The notes under the pieces were generated by a model, which ran no database searches, was not told the DNA's origin, and saw only the letters and a program-made list of their open reading frames with translations. Made by a program: the position numbers and the translations under genes. A DNA stretch of 63,879 nucleotides, the filler included, from Phoronis australis (taxonomy: Eukaryota > Animalia > Phoronida), in the NCBI GenBank assembly GCA_002633005.1. It is 5 parts of 5 records of this genome, joined end to end, with 100 filler letters (N's around TTAATTAATTAA, not from the genome) between each part and the next. Parts side by side here need not be neighbours in the genome. Positions count along the whole stretch, not along the records: positions 22,351 to 39,069 come from NMRA01000963.1; 4 more parts are not named here. One strand, given 5' to 3'. The stretch's first letter is position 1. Each line of letters starts with the position of its first letter. Positions 22,251-35,134 of the stretch are shown piece after piece.

Positions 22251-22350
22251 NNNNNNNNNNNNNNNNNNNNNNNNNNNNNNNNNNNNNNNNNNNNTTAATT
22301 AATTAANNNNNNNNNNNNNNNNNNNNNNNNNNNNNNNNNNNNNNNNNNNN
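22251..22350. other. Artificial scaffold spacer 44N-TTAATTAATTAA-44N
   Basis: Exactly 100 nt with a six-frame stop linker; the same structure occurs four times. Confidence 0.97.
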
Positions 22351-22899
22351 CCACAACCTGTGGTCGAAACCACCAACACACAAAAAAAAAAACAAATCAA
22401 ATGCAAACAAAGGGAATACTTCATCTTGATCGCTGCATATTTCTAGAGGTCAACAAGAAAACGACAATTCGCACGCGTAATCGCTAATCATTTCAGCTTT
22501 ATATAGAATAAGCACAACTGCACTGTGTGGGGCTTTAAAACTGAGGAAATATTGTGGTTTCAATAATTAGTGACAAACTTGCCTGTTGATAAAAACTTAT
22601 TCGATTAGCAAAGTGTAACAATAATTGGCTGTCTACTGACAATAAGACAATCGATACAGTCACTGAATGTAGTCAGTTCCCCATAATGTGTACCAAATTG
22701 AAAAGATTTTACTATTAGTATAAAGCATTTCTTCTGAAAGGAAAAGTTATGTCACTCAGTGATAAAGGACAGGTATTTATACCAGATGCTTTTGTTTTTC
22801 ATTTCACAGAGATCTAGTTTCAATAGCCAATAGAAGTGCTTGTAAAAAAGGTCCAGTTTCGGCACGTGGCTTTCCTCCAGGTAACCTCAATCAGCCTCA

Positions 22900-23640
22900 A
22901 TTAGATCCTTGAAGGTAAACAACAGCATATCATTTGACACGTTTTGTGCCCAAAATCTGACCCTGAACTAGACCAGAGTGTTACTACATCTTCTTTAGCT
23001 TCAATCCAGCATGTTTCTTCCAGGAAAGGAAATAAGCTATTGTCCACACATGACTTATTGCCTATGAAAGTTCATCCTCACCAACGAGGCTGACTTGTGT
23101 AGCAGTCAGATATTCATACACAAACAACACGTTGTATTATGGTAACTTGTACTGTGATTCACATTTCACCAGGGCCACTGACATGTACGTTGCGCCATGC
23201 AGCACTAATGGTGTGTGGAAATGCTGTGGGAAGAGAAAGGAGTAAGAAAGCTCGTTCGTTGTCTCCGATGAAGGAAGTAGGTTTTAAAAACAGATCTACA
23301 CAGGATGGGAAGATCTTGCTAATTAGCTGCAGTCAATTGCTTAAAACCAGTTTTTGTCCATTCAGGGTCGATACAGAAGCGATGCATATCTCCTCTGCAC
23401 GGTACAAGCCCTCACACCTAAAAACCAAGGGTCACTTAAAAACAGACATTTTAGATTTTCATTTCAACGTGTAATAAATTTCCTTAAGACATAGGATAGG
23501 GAGTAAACAAACAGTCTTATGTATATTTACGTACCCTTTGCGATGGCAGTGGGTTTGGATTGTAATCTCACAAACCATTATCGAGTTAAACATTCAGCAT
23601 TCATTGGTGTAACTGTCACTGGTGTCACCTGTGCATTCTT
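22900..23640 (-). pseudogene. Decayed transposon-associated SWIM-type gene fragment; 23250-23640 is paralogous to 25690-26070
   Basis: Direct repeat of about 400 bp. Frameshifted SGPGEM and YTSQPRW fragments resemble SWIM and post-SWIM motifs. Confidence 0.4.
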
Positions 23641-25689
23641 CTTTTTTCATTGAAATACCTAATGTTAACACATATCAGTTTCTGTAAATCTATCGTTTTG
23701 CAAAATGTTGCTCCCAACATTTATTTAATCTGACCTATATACCTAATTCACGCAGCGGACATTAAAATCCAAAGCCAGGCTCACTGCGATAAAGGAGGCA
23801 CTGAACAGTTTTCACGGGGGTTTGTCTATCAGAAAACACGTCAATGCACTCTTCACCCTTTCTTCACTTTGTCAAAAACTTCATGTAAATACAGAAATGT
23901 TTTGAGTCATTTCACATCACAAGCCAAACAGATGAGCACAGAAACTTTATTCTCTCTTGTATTTTTGACCCTATCACTCCCAGTGGAAACCAAGCTGAAC
24001 TAAGAAAAAATAAGGGCAAAAATGCAAAATCGGCACTTTTCACCCGAAAATCACCGCTTCCTTGCCGATGCTCGACTAAAGCAAACGTTAGATTACGAAA
24101 GCAAATTTCCTACCGATTCCAAAAATGTGGTCCAAAAGTACTGTCAACGAACTAGTTTTTTTTTCAAATCTGGATTGTTTGAGGGCTACCTGAAACCGGG
24201 GCCAATTTCTCAGTGGCTACACAGCAATGCACAATTTTAAAAGGGGGTCACCATCTACAGCACACATCACGAATTTTTGGCCGACCGGTCGGAAATTGGT
24301 CGACGACCGGCCGTCGACCGGTCGTCTAGCAGACCAGCAGCCGACCAACAACGGTCGGCTAGGAGCCGTCTGCTGAGTCGCCTCTGTGGTCGGCACTTGG
24401 GTCGGCTAAATGGTCGTCTAGCGTAGACGACCAATTCGGATTAAGCGTGTCCTTGGTCGGCAATTACCATTTTATGACTTAGCGAGTGAACTTTGGCCAA
24501 ACAAACATTGAACAGTTCGCTGTTCGTTCAGCAGCGGCAACTCCGGTCTTGACATCGGTTTATCAACTTATGTTCAACTATTGAAAGGTGTTAAAATCGA
24601 CTCAACCTACAAATGTGACATTACACCAACGTAAAGTTTATGTTGAATTACTGACGGCGTGATAAAATCAAACGTTAAGTGATACCGCGGAAGCTTAAAT
24701 TCTGTCTCTTANCAATTTCAAACAAAATTAAATAATTACTATTTTCAGAAAGCAAGGGTGTATATAATAAGTATAGTATAAAACTAAAGCTGCATTTTTA
24801 TTTTTCATTCGTAGCGATAACAATTCTTTAAACGCATCACTTGTCTGCAAAACATACAAGTTAGTTGAGACAACTTCAAACCTTTGTTACCCATTTTCAA
24901 GCCTTTTTTGTTTTGATACTTTCAGAAATTTTAAACTCCGATTACAGATTCATGGGTCCGTCAAGCATACTTCTAGTCTAAAGCTGAGGGAACCGTTTCT
25001 CAGACTTTTTTTTTCTAATAAAAGATATGAAGACATGGGTCATTTAAAAAATGATGGATAATGTTTTTGTTGTTTAAGAATAATTTCAAATCGTAAGGCA
25101 CTATCAAAAATGCATTTTTCACAAAAATGGCAGTAATTTGAATTAATAAACGACTTGCAACATTTCAAGACATGAGTTAAAACTATTCAGTCACTGAGAA
25201 TTCAGAAAATGTAACATATTTTNAAATTTGGTGAAAATCGGCTGACCCCCACCTTGCCGCTCATGGCTGGTGCTCTCGTGGACTAGTACTTAAGAATAAT
25301 TCCAAATCGTAAAGCACTATCAAAAATGCATTTTTCACAAAAAATGGCAGTAATTTGAATAAAAAAACGACTTGCAACATTTCAAGGCATGAGTTAAGAC
25401 TATTCAGTCACTGAGAATTCAGAAAATGTAACATATTTTTGTGGGTTTACAATTGCTAGCAAAACAGTTTCATGAAATAAACTTGAATGAACTTCATTAA
25501 GGTTAAGAATTACCTCACCATGCTCTTTCCCCCCAGACACTATTACCTGCTATTTCCACACATTCAGTTGCACCAAATTTTACAACCCCAACCCCCCTTG
25601 CCAATTCCCCTCTAAGGACCTGAATAAGTAAATTAACAAAAACGACTTCCACACCTTTCTTTAAAAATAACTGTTCCCTTTAAGAGGCT

Positions 25690-26370
25690 TTGTTCGTTGT
25701 CTCCGATATAGAAAGTAGACTTTGACAACAGGTCTGCATTGGATGGGAAGATATGCTGCTTAGCTGCAGTCAAAAGCTTAAAACCAAATTTGTCCATTCA
25801 AGGCCGATGCAGAAGCGATGCATGTCTCCTCTGCACGGTACAAGCCCTCAAACCTAAAAACCAAAGGTCACGTGAAAACAGAAATGATAGATTTCCATTT
25901 CAACGTGTAATAGATTTCCGGAAGACTTAGGATAGGGAGTAAAGAAATAGACTAATTGATATTTGCCACGTAACCTTTGCCATTGGGCTTGGATTGTAAA
26001 CTTAACTCACTAACTAATATCGAGTTGACAGTATAAGCATTCATCATTGATTGATGTAACCGTCACTGATAAACCTGTTAGAAATCACTCCAAACAATAA
26101 TGCTGCTTTGATGTACGAAAAGTTCCCGGGTGTTACGACAAGTATCGTAACACGCATCACAACAAACAATGATTAACCAGACTGGCGACTGGCGCGAAGT
26201 CGATATCGACGAGTACCTCAGTTAACAGGCACCAGTAGAATAAACATGAAATAATCGATAAAATAATTACAAACCTTACCTTTGTATAAGGTCGTGCTTA
26301 CTTCCACTCACAGAAGCACTCTTTTCACGCAATCTCAGATTCAGTTGGCACGGCTGCAAGCCATTTCACC
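25690..26370 (-). pseudogene. Decayed two-exon SAP-domain gene fragment
   Basis: Exon at about 26280-26365 (QLNLRLREKSASVSGSKHDLIQR, SAP-like GxKxDLIxR) has an AG|GTAAGG donor that splices in phase to an exon starting near 25853 (FEGLYRAEE...). Stops follow. Confidence 0.5.
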
Positions 26371-26479
26371 ATGTATTTAAAGGGCTCGCGAATCGAGGCT
26401 GCTTAATCTCTAACCACTAGTACACGCGCGCCCTCTACTTATTGTAAATTTTTCGAATAGCCCCATTATTGAATACGAA

Positions 26480-27090
26480 CTTAACGCAAGACATTCACGT
26501 AAAATTTGCGCTGCATCTTTCTCGAATAGGAATACTTGACTGGAAGATTATGAATTGTTGGAATTGCAAAAGGAGGGAGTTTGGTCTCAGATTTGTCTAA
26601 TTTTGCAATTTCAACGAATTTGTTGACAGTCATAGAATTTCGTTGCGAATATTTAATGAGTTCCTCTTTCAAGTAGTACACTTAGCTTCTCGGTTACTAA
26701 ACGTGTCAGTTAGAGTCAGAATTGGTTCAAATTTGGCGCAGGTAAAATACCCTTGTGGCAACTTCTTTTGAACTATGCATGTTTCAAGGGTAATCGCCCA
26801 CCATCCAATTTTCGATTTAATTAAGCGTCAAACCCCAATTTTTAGGCTCGTCAGTACAAGCGCCCAGTGGGACAACACAAACTTTTATGGCATATCATTT
26901 CTAGGAAAGACGCGCAGACCGAGTTGCGTTGTAATACATTGCGCACGTGCCCTCGACGACATTCTGGCGCAGGAAAAATGACATTTGGCAATTTTGTCAT
27001 CCTCCTGTGTGACGGAAACATCCAAGGCCCAATGAGTGTTGTTTGACTTCGTCAGCTGGGAAGCTTACTAGCGTATCTTAGAAAATTGGC
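26480..27090 (-). pseudogene. Decayed SWIM-finger region of a transposon-associated gene
   Basis: Fragments LPS*RSQ...PW, KIAKCHFSC, EGTCA and ACTDEPKNWG, broken by stops and frameshifts. Confidence 0.35.
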
Positions 27091-30000
27091 GCCTGCTGAA
27101 CTTATTGCCGGCTACTGAAGTGATAGGCGATTGGATCTGGGTCATATTGGCGCTTACTGAAGTGATTGAAGACTATTGAAGTGACTGACAAGCGTGACTG
27201 TATCTGACCCACATTGTGGGATTACATTCATCACTGTTTTCGTTCCATAAGCGACGGTTTTTCCCCGTGTTTTCATGGTGTTAGCATGTGCAACGCCATT
27301 TAGGTCACATGGGGGCGCTGTTAATAAACATACATTGTACGAACGTAACCGTGTGAACGTTGTATTTATAGGCACGAGATTGTAGCTTACATTGAAAAAA
27401 TGGGACCTGTGAAGAGGAATATTGTAAATGAGCTAACGTTATAAACCAAAGTCGAAGTCCGGTCTTAGCTACGGCGGTTGTAAGCCTAACATCCATTCAA
27501 TTTTGGAAATATTCCATTAACGGTGGGCCATGAAGATTGCGGTAACATACCAATATAAATGTATTTAATTAACTGCTAACAAGATGGTGTTCTCAATATG
27601 TGCTTGCGATCGTCTTACATGTTGTAAGAAAGGGCAGGGGTCGTGTTTATATCAAAGATAACTTATTTGCAGACTTGTTGAGGTTCAATAGCATTACTGG
27701 ACTTATTCATGGTTCTGACTCAATAAATCAAAACGTAAATAAAAAAAANNNNNNNNNNNNNNNNNNNNNNNNNNNNNNNNNNNNNNNNNNNNNNNNNNNN
27801 NNNNNNNNNNNNNNNNNNNNNNNNNNNNNNNNNNNNNNNNNNNNNNNNNNNNNNNNNNNNNNNNNNNNNNNNNNNNNNNNNNNNNNNNNNNNNNNNNNNN
27901 NNNNNNNNNNNNNNNNNNNNNNNNNNNNNNNNNNNNNNNNNNNNNNNNNNNNNNNNNNNNNNNNNNNNNNNNNNNNNNNNNNNNNNNNNNNNNNNNNNNN
28001 NNNNNNNNNNNNNNNNNNNNNNNNNNNNNNNNNNNNNNNNNNNNNNNNNNNNNNNNNNNNNNNNNNNNNNNNNNNNNNNNNNNNNNNNNNNNNNNNNNNN
28101 NNNNNNNNNNNNNNNNNNNNNNNNNNNNNNNNNNNNNNNNNNNNNNNNNNNNNNNNNNNNNNNNNNNNNNNNNNNNNNNNNNNNNNNNNNNNNNNNNNNN
28201 NNNNNNNNNNNNNNNNNNNNNNNNNNNNNNNNNNNNNNNNNNNNNNNNNNNNNNNNNNNNNNNNNNNNNNNNNNNNNNNNNNNNNNNNNNNNNNNNNNNN
28301 NNNNNNNNNNNNNNNNNNNNNNNNNNNNNNNNNNNNNNNNNNNNNNNNNNNNNNNNNNNNNNNNNNNNNNNNNNNNNNNNNNNNNNNNNNNNNNNNNNNN
28401 NNNNNNNNNNNNNNNNNNNNNNNNNNNNNNNNNNNNNNNNNTTTCGAAGCTCGAACCTTCCTATCTAGCCAGCTAGCTCTAAGAAGACTATAGTCAAAAT
28501 ACAACAAGATGCCACTGTGTAGTGAGCACTGACATACATTGAAATTGCACACAGCCCGAATAATTACGCTCATCACCTCGTCGTGAAGCTTGCATCAACA
28601 TGAGCTAATAACCGGCGGGGTTGCATGCAAAATCAATTAACATTCACCTTGCCCGTCACTGCCGTTTAAGCGAAAAATATCTGACGTCATTTTCGTGCGT
28701 AATTCTCTGCATTGGTAACGAAGAATGTATGTCGTCGTTTTGAAAGTAGTACATTCGTGACACGCGCCACTTTCAGAAGTTTTTCGACATCTCCCATTAG
28801 ATGATGACAACATCGCAACAAAATTTGTTCTAAAATTCGGTTTACAGATATCAAATTCCATAAACACATAATGAAAGGAAACCAATTCTGATCATTTGTT
28901 GTGACGTTTACGCAACGTCGAGGGAGAACGTTTGATTGAAGAATCTGGGAAAAAGAAACTGGCTAATAAGTGACGCGCCGAAAGTCGATACAAAAGATCA
29001 CACCACAATTTTAGGTGGAGAATAATTGTAGAAAAGCAATTTTTGCAACGCCGGTAAGTAATTTGGATTACTCAACGAAAATTACATTCGGTAAGTTTTA
29101 CCCAAAACGGCGCAAAGTTGTATATTATTTTAAAAAAGAGCTTCGCACCAAGGCCGAGCCCTTTGGAGTAAGAACACAATACTTAGAGTTTCGCGTGTAC
29201 TCCAAGGCGTAAAACTTTGAAAATAATGTTTTCGGGGTAACTCGTAGCATGTAATCCTAAAGAAGGTAGTTTGCGTTTTCATGTAGAACGTAAAAATGAC
29301 TAACCCAGTGATTCAAAAAGAACACTGGCAAACGGAAGGGCACACCAATTTCAGTTCTATGACACAGGTTAAAAAACAACTTGTATACTGTAAGTTTATT
29401 GCATCGATTCTAGTGATCACCAATGCAAGTCAAAAATGTTAAGGGACGCGATTTCAAACCATTTGCATGAATCAGTGTACTAAAAATTAATTATGAACGA
29501 TATTTATTGATCAGCAATGTAGACACTACAGTTACAGACACTGACCGCTTTTGTTAACGTCTTGTGGCAGTGATAAAAATAATTGTTTGTTGTGTGATTG
29601 ATAACAAGTTTTACTGTGATGAGGTATGAAGTAATATGCATGCCTAATATGCAGATACTAGGTAGTTGAAAAAATATTTACCGGGTTTAATGAATCCGTT
29701 TGTTATGAACCACTGCAAAAGTATGATTGCTAATTGTACATTCGAAGCACACCCGATTAGAATACAAACAGACAAATGCTTGATGATCATGGGAGTACCT
29801 CTATTACATGCCAGAACGACATTAGATAGTTGTTGAGCCTTAGGGGATAATAAGGCTTACATAACATCACACTGAGCCACCTACACCAGGCATCTACAAA
29901 CGATACGCTATTTCAAAAGAAGCCACAACTACTCATTTTTCATAGTCATAACTACTCATAAAAGTTATATTTATTGACATGTCATTATAAACTTCTTCTG

Positions 30001-30283
30001 TTGGGAGTTTCTTCATCACAAAAGCGGTCTTCGAATGTAGAATCTGGAGTATGGTATGTAGTGTTTGTCCTATCATTTTAGTTCAGGTTATTTCCGAATA
30101 TTATCTACACGATTGTTTGTTTTCAAAGCAGGGGGAGAGTTGTGATCAGATATAAATGTGAATGGCTTATTGTTCGCGTACGTGCTANCACCAGGCATCT
30201 ACAAACGATACGCTATTTCAAAAGAAGCCACAACTACTCATTTTTCATAGTCATAACTACTCATATTTCATCCCTGTCACCAG

Positions 30284-30541
30284 AAAAAGGCTCATGCTCC
30301 TTTAGTATGGCGATAGCGAGTACGCCACCGTCAGATTCAAATCCCGGGTGTAGCATAACGTCACTTGACGTCGACAACGAAACAGCTCCATCTTGGGCAG
30401 TAGAGCTTGGGACACAGCTCTCGAGACTGGAGCAAAAAGTGGATATTATCTTAAGAAGTTTAAACAAGCAACCTGAAGTAACACGTCCGACTCCAGTGAC
30501 GCCAAATAGTCAACCTGCGTCATCATACGGGAGTGCAACAC
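30284..30541 (+). CDS. BEN-domain gene, coiled-coil exon (WAVELGTQLSRLEQKVDIILRSL)
   Basis: caccag acceptor, C|GTTAGT donor, phase 1-1, open frame. Confidence 0.6.
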
Positions 30542-30668
30542 GTTAGTATTAATTTGAAAATAATATATTAGTCACATTCGCTACGTTTTTGAAATTAAGC
30601 AATTAATGACAGATTTGCGGACGTATCAATGGCTGTTGTCGATGTTTATCATGTGGATTATTTTTCAG

Positions 30669-30882
30669 CAAAATCATCACTGAGCAAGCTACCAGCTAAT
30701 ATTGCTGCACGAAGAATGACCGGCATTCTCGTGGACAGGATATTCACCAAAGAGGAACTTCAAAACGCGACATTAACAGGGTACAGGGGCACAAGCAAGT
30801 TGGATTCGGCCAAGCTTGAGAGTATAAAAGTCAATGTGAAATCGCGCTATGGTGGTTCGGTAGAAGATTTCCATTCCTTGTG
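30669..30882 (+). CDS. BEN-domain exon (LVDRIFTKEELQNATLTG...KLDSAKLESIK), truncated by an N
   Basis: tttttcag acceptor in matching phase. BEN signature LxxxxFTxEEL...G...LDxxKxxxI. Confidence 0.75.
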
Positions 30883-32904
30883 NCGACCGGTCGACGGCCG
30901 GCCGTCGACCAATTTCCGACCGGTCGGCCAAAAATTCGTGATGTGTGCTGTAGAAGCAGAGTGCAGCTACAGCCGAGGAAGTGGCTTTTTTCATTTTCAG
31001 CATGTTCACAAATACAAAAAAACACATTCACTTGGCCTACATACAATACCTAACTAAAAATGCCCCCAAACCTGGCTTAACTTTTTTTATATTTTGGGAG
31101 CGCAAATTGGCCGCGGCTGCAACCTAACTATTCAGTGCCACCTAAACAAAGTGGAGGTTGACACTGCGTGGGTTAAATGGCCGGACTTTCGAGTCGAACC
31201 TGGATATTAAATCTTAAAAATGTGTCGATAATTAACCACAGAGACGTAAAAATACATTTTGAGACCACGCCAATGCACCAAAGAGTTGTTTGACGAAAGG
31301 GTATAATTTTTTTAGGAAAACTAGGTTTGAAAAATGAAGAGTAAATATGACCAAACTGCGACGTAGTATTACGGATTAGGTATTATGCTGAATGTAGGGT
31401 TACGTTTTTTCTTGTAAAGTGTTAATAAAAATGCCTTTACACGAACCAGGTCATAAGCTTGTATTTTTGACGAGTTGAAAATATATTCGACAGTGGTGGC
31501 TCCGCATGTTTCTTGCATGTACAACTAGTCACATCTGATTTAATTTGTTGATCAAGGATATTAACATAAAGCATAGCCTAGCTCCTGGTGAGGTGGGGAC
31601 TACCGGGACTAACAGTCGATTTGTTATTGATCTGAAAGAACAACTGATGGTATTAAGTATGTTTTTATTAAAATAAAAAAACAGGCTCTTCATTGAAAAT
31701 AAAAATTATTTGACCGTTTTTTTAACTTTTGAAAAAAAAAATAAAAACGAACACAGCCTCCAGAAAACGTTTTTGCATTATATCCAGGTTCTCATTCACT
31801 CCATTTCACACATTCACAAGTAATTATTTGACCATCAATTCTGCTTTCTTGGTTTTATAATTCTTACATCTATTTCATGTGTTAGGTTTCCAATATTAAC
31901 CTGGACCAAGTTGAATTATAAAATTAAAAACACCTAATTCAATCGTCCAAAGCATAATTTCGTTTTAAAGCTCAATTTCAGTTAACTGAACAGAGCAAGC
32001 ATAGTTATGTTTCTTTAGGTGCCTCGTTCATCCGAGGTGAAAAGTGTTTGGGATTTCTGACTGAGACGCTCATATATTTGCCGAGTGAGGAGAAAAATCT
32101 ACCCTCCCGATCATCATCAATACACCGCCGCCCTGTTGCAAGCTCTCATAGGCTCTGTCTCAAGTAACATTTTGTGCTCTTTCAAGTTGTCACCTGTGTG
32201 GTTGCAGGTGATTTGAATTTCGCGGGAGAGAACTTCTCAATCACTAGGGGAATTTTAGGACGTCGTGGGGGGTATTTCGGGGGAATTTCGATATTTTTGC
32301 GAGGGGAATAGAGTCGATATTCGGCCCCAAAATCGAGGAATTGAGGGCCCTGACCTTTTTGTAAAAATGCATCATCATTCAACCCGCAGTCATGAAAACA
32401 CTGCCTGGCTGGAAGAAGTTCTCCGGTCGTTGCTATGATGCAGCTGGGCAACCGAGATGCGACAAAATATGATCTAATTTTTCGAAAACGCTTGTAAATT
32501 TTACACAACGCATGCTCGTAGCCAGCATTGCGCAGGGGGTGCTTCGAATTTCTTTAAGGGTGGACCTTGGATATTTTGCAAAGATCGGCCCGGTATAGTT
32601 TCAATAAGACCCTGACGCAGCATAATTAAAGGGAAGGGAAGTCTGTACATGTATACACAACGATGACTCTCAGCTCAATGTTCCTGAGATGAGACGGAAA
32701 TGACGGTTGCTCGTAAAGAATGGGACTCAAATTCGGATATGTAATGTGGTCCAGAAGGAGAACATTCTCGCGTTACCTTCCGCCAAAAGTTCAAATCAGG
32801 GGTGCTTATACATACTCGGACGAATTTTTTTAGTCTGAGAACGACTTGAAATTTTTATCTGTTTGTATTTTTTGCGTGTTACTTACATTCCTGGAAAAGG
32901 GAAC

Positions 32905-34195
32905 AGCCCATTATTCTGAAGGTTCACTACTCCGAAAATATCTAAAACTTAGAACACAGGTTTATTGTAATTTTTACAATTTTGCATGCAAAAGTAAAGG
33001 ATACTTCGGTTATCAGATGCGCTGAGTGGTGAAGTATATCGAAAACAACGTCCGGGTACTATTGATTTCATGCGCATACGAAAGTGCCAGCATGTCTTAC
33101 GAATAGGAAAAACTAAGTGTCTTTTGCATTTTTAAAATGATTCCAAACCCGGATTTGGCCTATTGACAGATTCTAAAAATGACTTTCTCATCCAGTTCTT
33201 TGAAACAAAATAATACTATGTAACCATGGACAACCCTCAAAAGTTTGCTGAAAATTTTGAAAACTCCTTTCAAAGTTTGCTAAACGGACGAGCGACCTAC
33301 GCTTTTTGCCTTTTACACGCCAACTGTGGGAAAAGTCCACCCACCAAGGACTATATTGTCCAAGCTGTGACATGGGGTGTATGAATTGATTCCTTCCTTA
33401 AAAAGGATTCTAAACCTTATTGCGATGATTTCAACCAATCTTCGTTCTCACACTTGCTGATGCATCATTGCCGCCAATCTTGAATGATTAAGTAGGAATG
33501 TACTAAGAATTCATACCCAATACCTCACAAATTGGACATTATGGTCCTTGGTGAGTAGTCCACGCCTGCCTCTTTAGCAGAATGTGCAAGGATTTTTCTA
33601 ATTTTCCCCGAAAGTTTAGAGGGTTGTCGAGCCTTTACAGAGCATTATTTTGTTTCAGAGAACTGGATGGGAAAGTTGTTTTTATAGTACATGTATCTGT
33701 TAATAGGACAAAACCGGGTTTGGTATACTTTTAATTTGGAAGATTGACGCCATTGATTCATAAGCACGTGACAGAACGAGGATTGTTGGAACTCATCACA
33801 GGGCTTTCCTTTTAAACGAATACGAAGTAGGGATATTGATGAATTGTTACGTCACCCGATGGAACCGCGTTCACGGCCGGTCGAAACTAAATATATACAT
33901 GTAGCTAGAAGGTTATCTTGTCCGTCCCAGTTTTCACAAAGTCAGAGAGTCACATTGAGTCTTCTTAAATTTAAAACCGCCGTTGGTCGCCGCAACCCTG
34001 ACCCGTGCCCCGTCCCTGCTTGAGAACGAGTCGTTAGTTAGGTTCAAGAATCCCATTTGACAGCGATTGGAACTGATCACATTTGTAAACAATGTGATCA
34101 ATGTTTTAAAACTAATGTAATGACCCTTCGGAGTAGTGAAACTTCAGAGTAGTGGAACTTCGGAGTAGCGAACCTTCGGAAAAGTGACACGTAAC
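32905..34195. mobile_element. Non-autonomous element with inverted arrays of a 16-bp subterminal repeat
   Basis: (ttcggagtagtgaacc)-like units at 34122-34185 and inverse units at 32905-32940. Confidence 0.5.
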
Positions 34196-34774
34196 TTTGG
34201 AAATCTTTTCTCTTCCATCAAGATTATTGCTCGTACATGTAGGAAGTCTGCCAGGCTGTGCACCATTGCCACTGATTGACAAGGGGCCACTTTCTTCATT
34301 GACCGAACTTTTATTAGGTCTAGACCTGCTTTTCCCTAATAATGTGAACATGCTCGTTTCCTCAGTGCAAGACCACACGGTAGTCAAATGTCTGATTTTT
34401 GTTTGAGCAACGACAGAGGACTGCCTTTAGTGAACTTACCGTCGGCGTGTAATGGATTGAAAAGACTGGAAACGCACACACGTGTATACGCGCATGCATG
34501 TCAATCCAACAATCCACAATCAACGTGGACATTGGATGAACAACAATCATTTGACTATCACCTTCAATTCGAAACTGAAATGCCTGCACCTCACCATACT
34601 AAGCTATCAAGAATACCAAAAATAGCAGATAACAATCATATTTTCTGCTGTTTTGTTTCTTGGTCGATTTTAAGACATTCACGCCAGATTACTTTTTGAG
34701 AGCTCTTTCGCTGCAAGTTATAGAAGTTTACTTCTAGACTCCCTTGTTACCCTATTGTTGGCCAAATGGGTAAA

Positions 34775-35134
34775 CGTTACGCCGTTAAACTACGTGCGTC
34801 AGATAATTCTGGTTAGAGGCGTAATTAATTGCGGCGTAATGGAATTATTTGTGGCGTAAAGTAATTATTTACGGTGTAAAGTAATTATTTGCAGCGTAAA
34901 ATAGTTATTTGCGGTGTAAAGTAATTACTTGCGGCGTAAAGAAACTTTGTACGGCGTAAAGTAACTTTTATTGCCGCAAATACTAACTTTACGCCGTAAT
35001 GTAATAATTACTTTACGTCATTGTTACTTTACCCCGCAAATAATTAATTACGCCGAAAATAATTTCTTTAAGTCGTATATAATTACTTTACGCTTCTAAG
35101 AATTGATTTACGCACGTAATTTAGGGGTGTAACG
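34775..35134. repeat. Foldback/MITE: imperfect TIRs, 7 x 20-bp tandem units, then inverted degenerate units
   Basis: gcggcgtaaagtaattattt units at 34831-34970 and inverse copies at 34971-35097. Ends are cgttac...gtaacg. Confidence 0.8.

Larger units (their letters stand above)
24258..30950. mobile_element. TIR DNA transposon-like element, TA-flanked, with CGACC/GGTCG subterminal repeats and a BEN-domain gene
   Basis: At least 65-bp near-perfect TIRs (CAGCACACATCACGAATTTTTGGCCGACCGGTCGG...) at 24258 and 30884-30950. TA on both sides; the empty site would read TCTAGA. Contains internal N gaps. Confidence 0.78.
23747..31172. mobile_element. piggyBac-like non-autonomous element split by a 6.7-kb insertion
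   Basis: Right end CTGCGTGGG|TTAA; degenerate left end CTAA|TTCACGCAG. Subterminal IR ggaggcactgaacagtt / aactattcagtgccacc. Confidence 0.5.

Noticed and set aside
22295-22306. TTAATTAATTAA as a biological palindrome
   Set aside because: It is always centred in exactly 100-nt N gaps, so it is a synthetic linker.
27600-28576. Long ORFs of 297 and 282 aa
   Set aside because: They consist almost entirely of N-gap codons.
34831-34970. CRISPR-like array
   Set aside because: Units are directly adjacent with no unique spacers, no cas genes are present and the context is eukaryotic.
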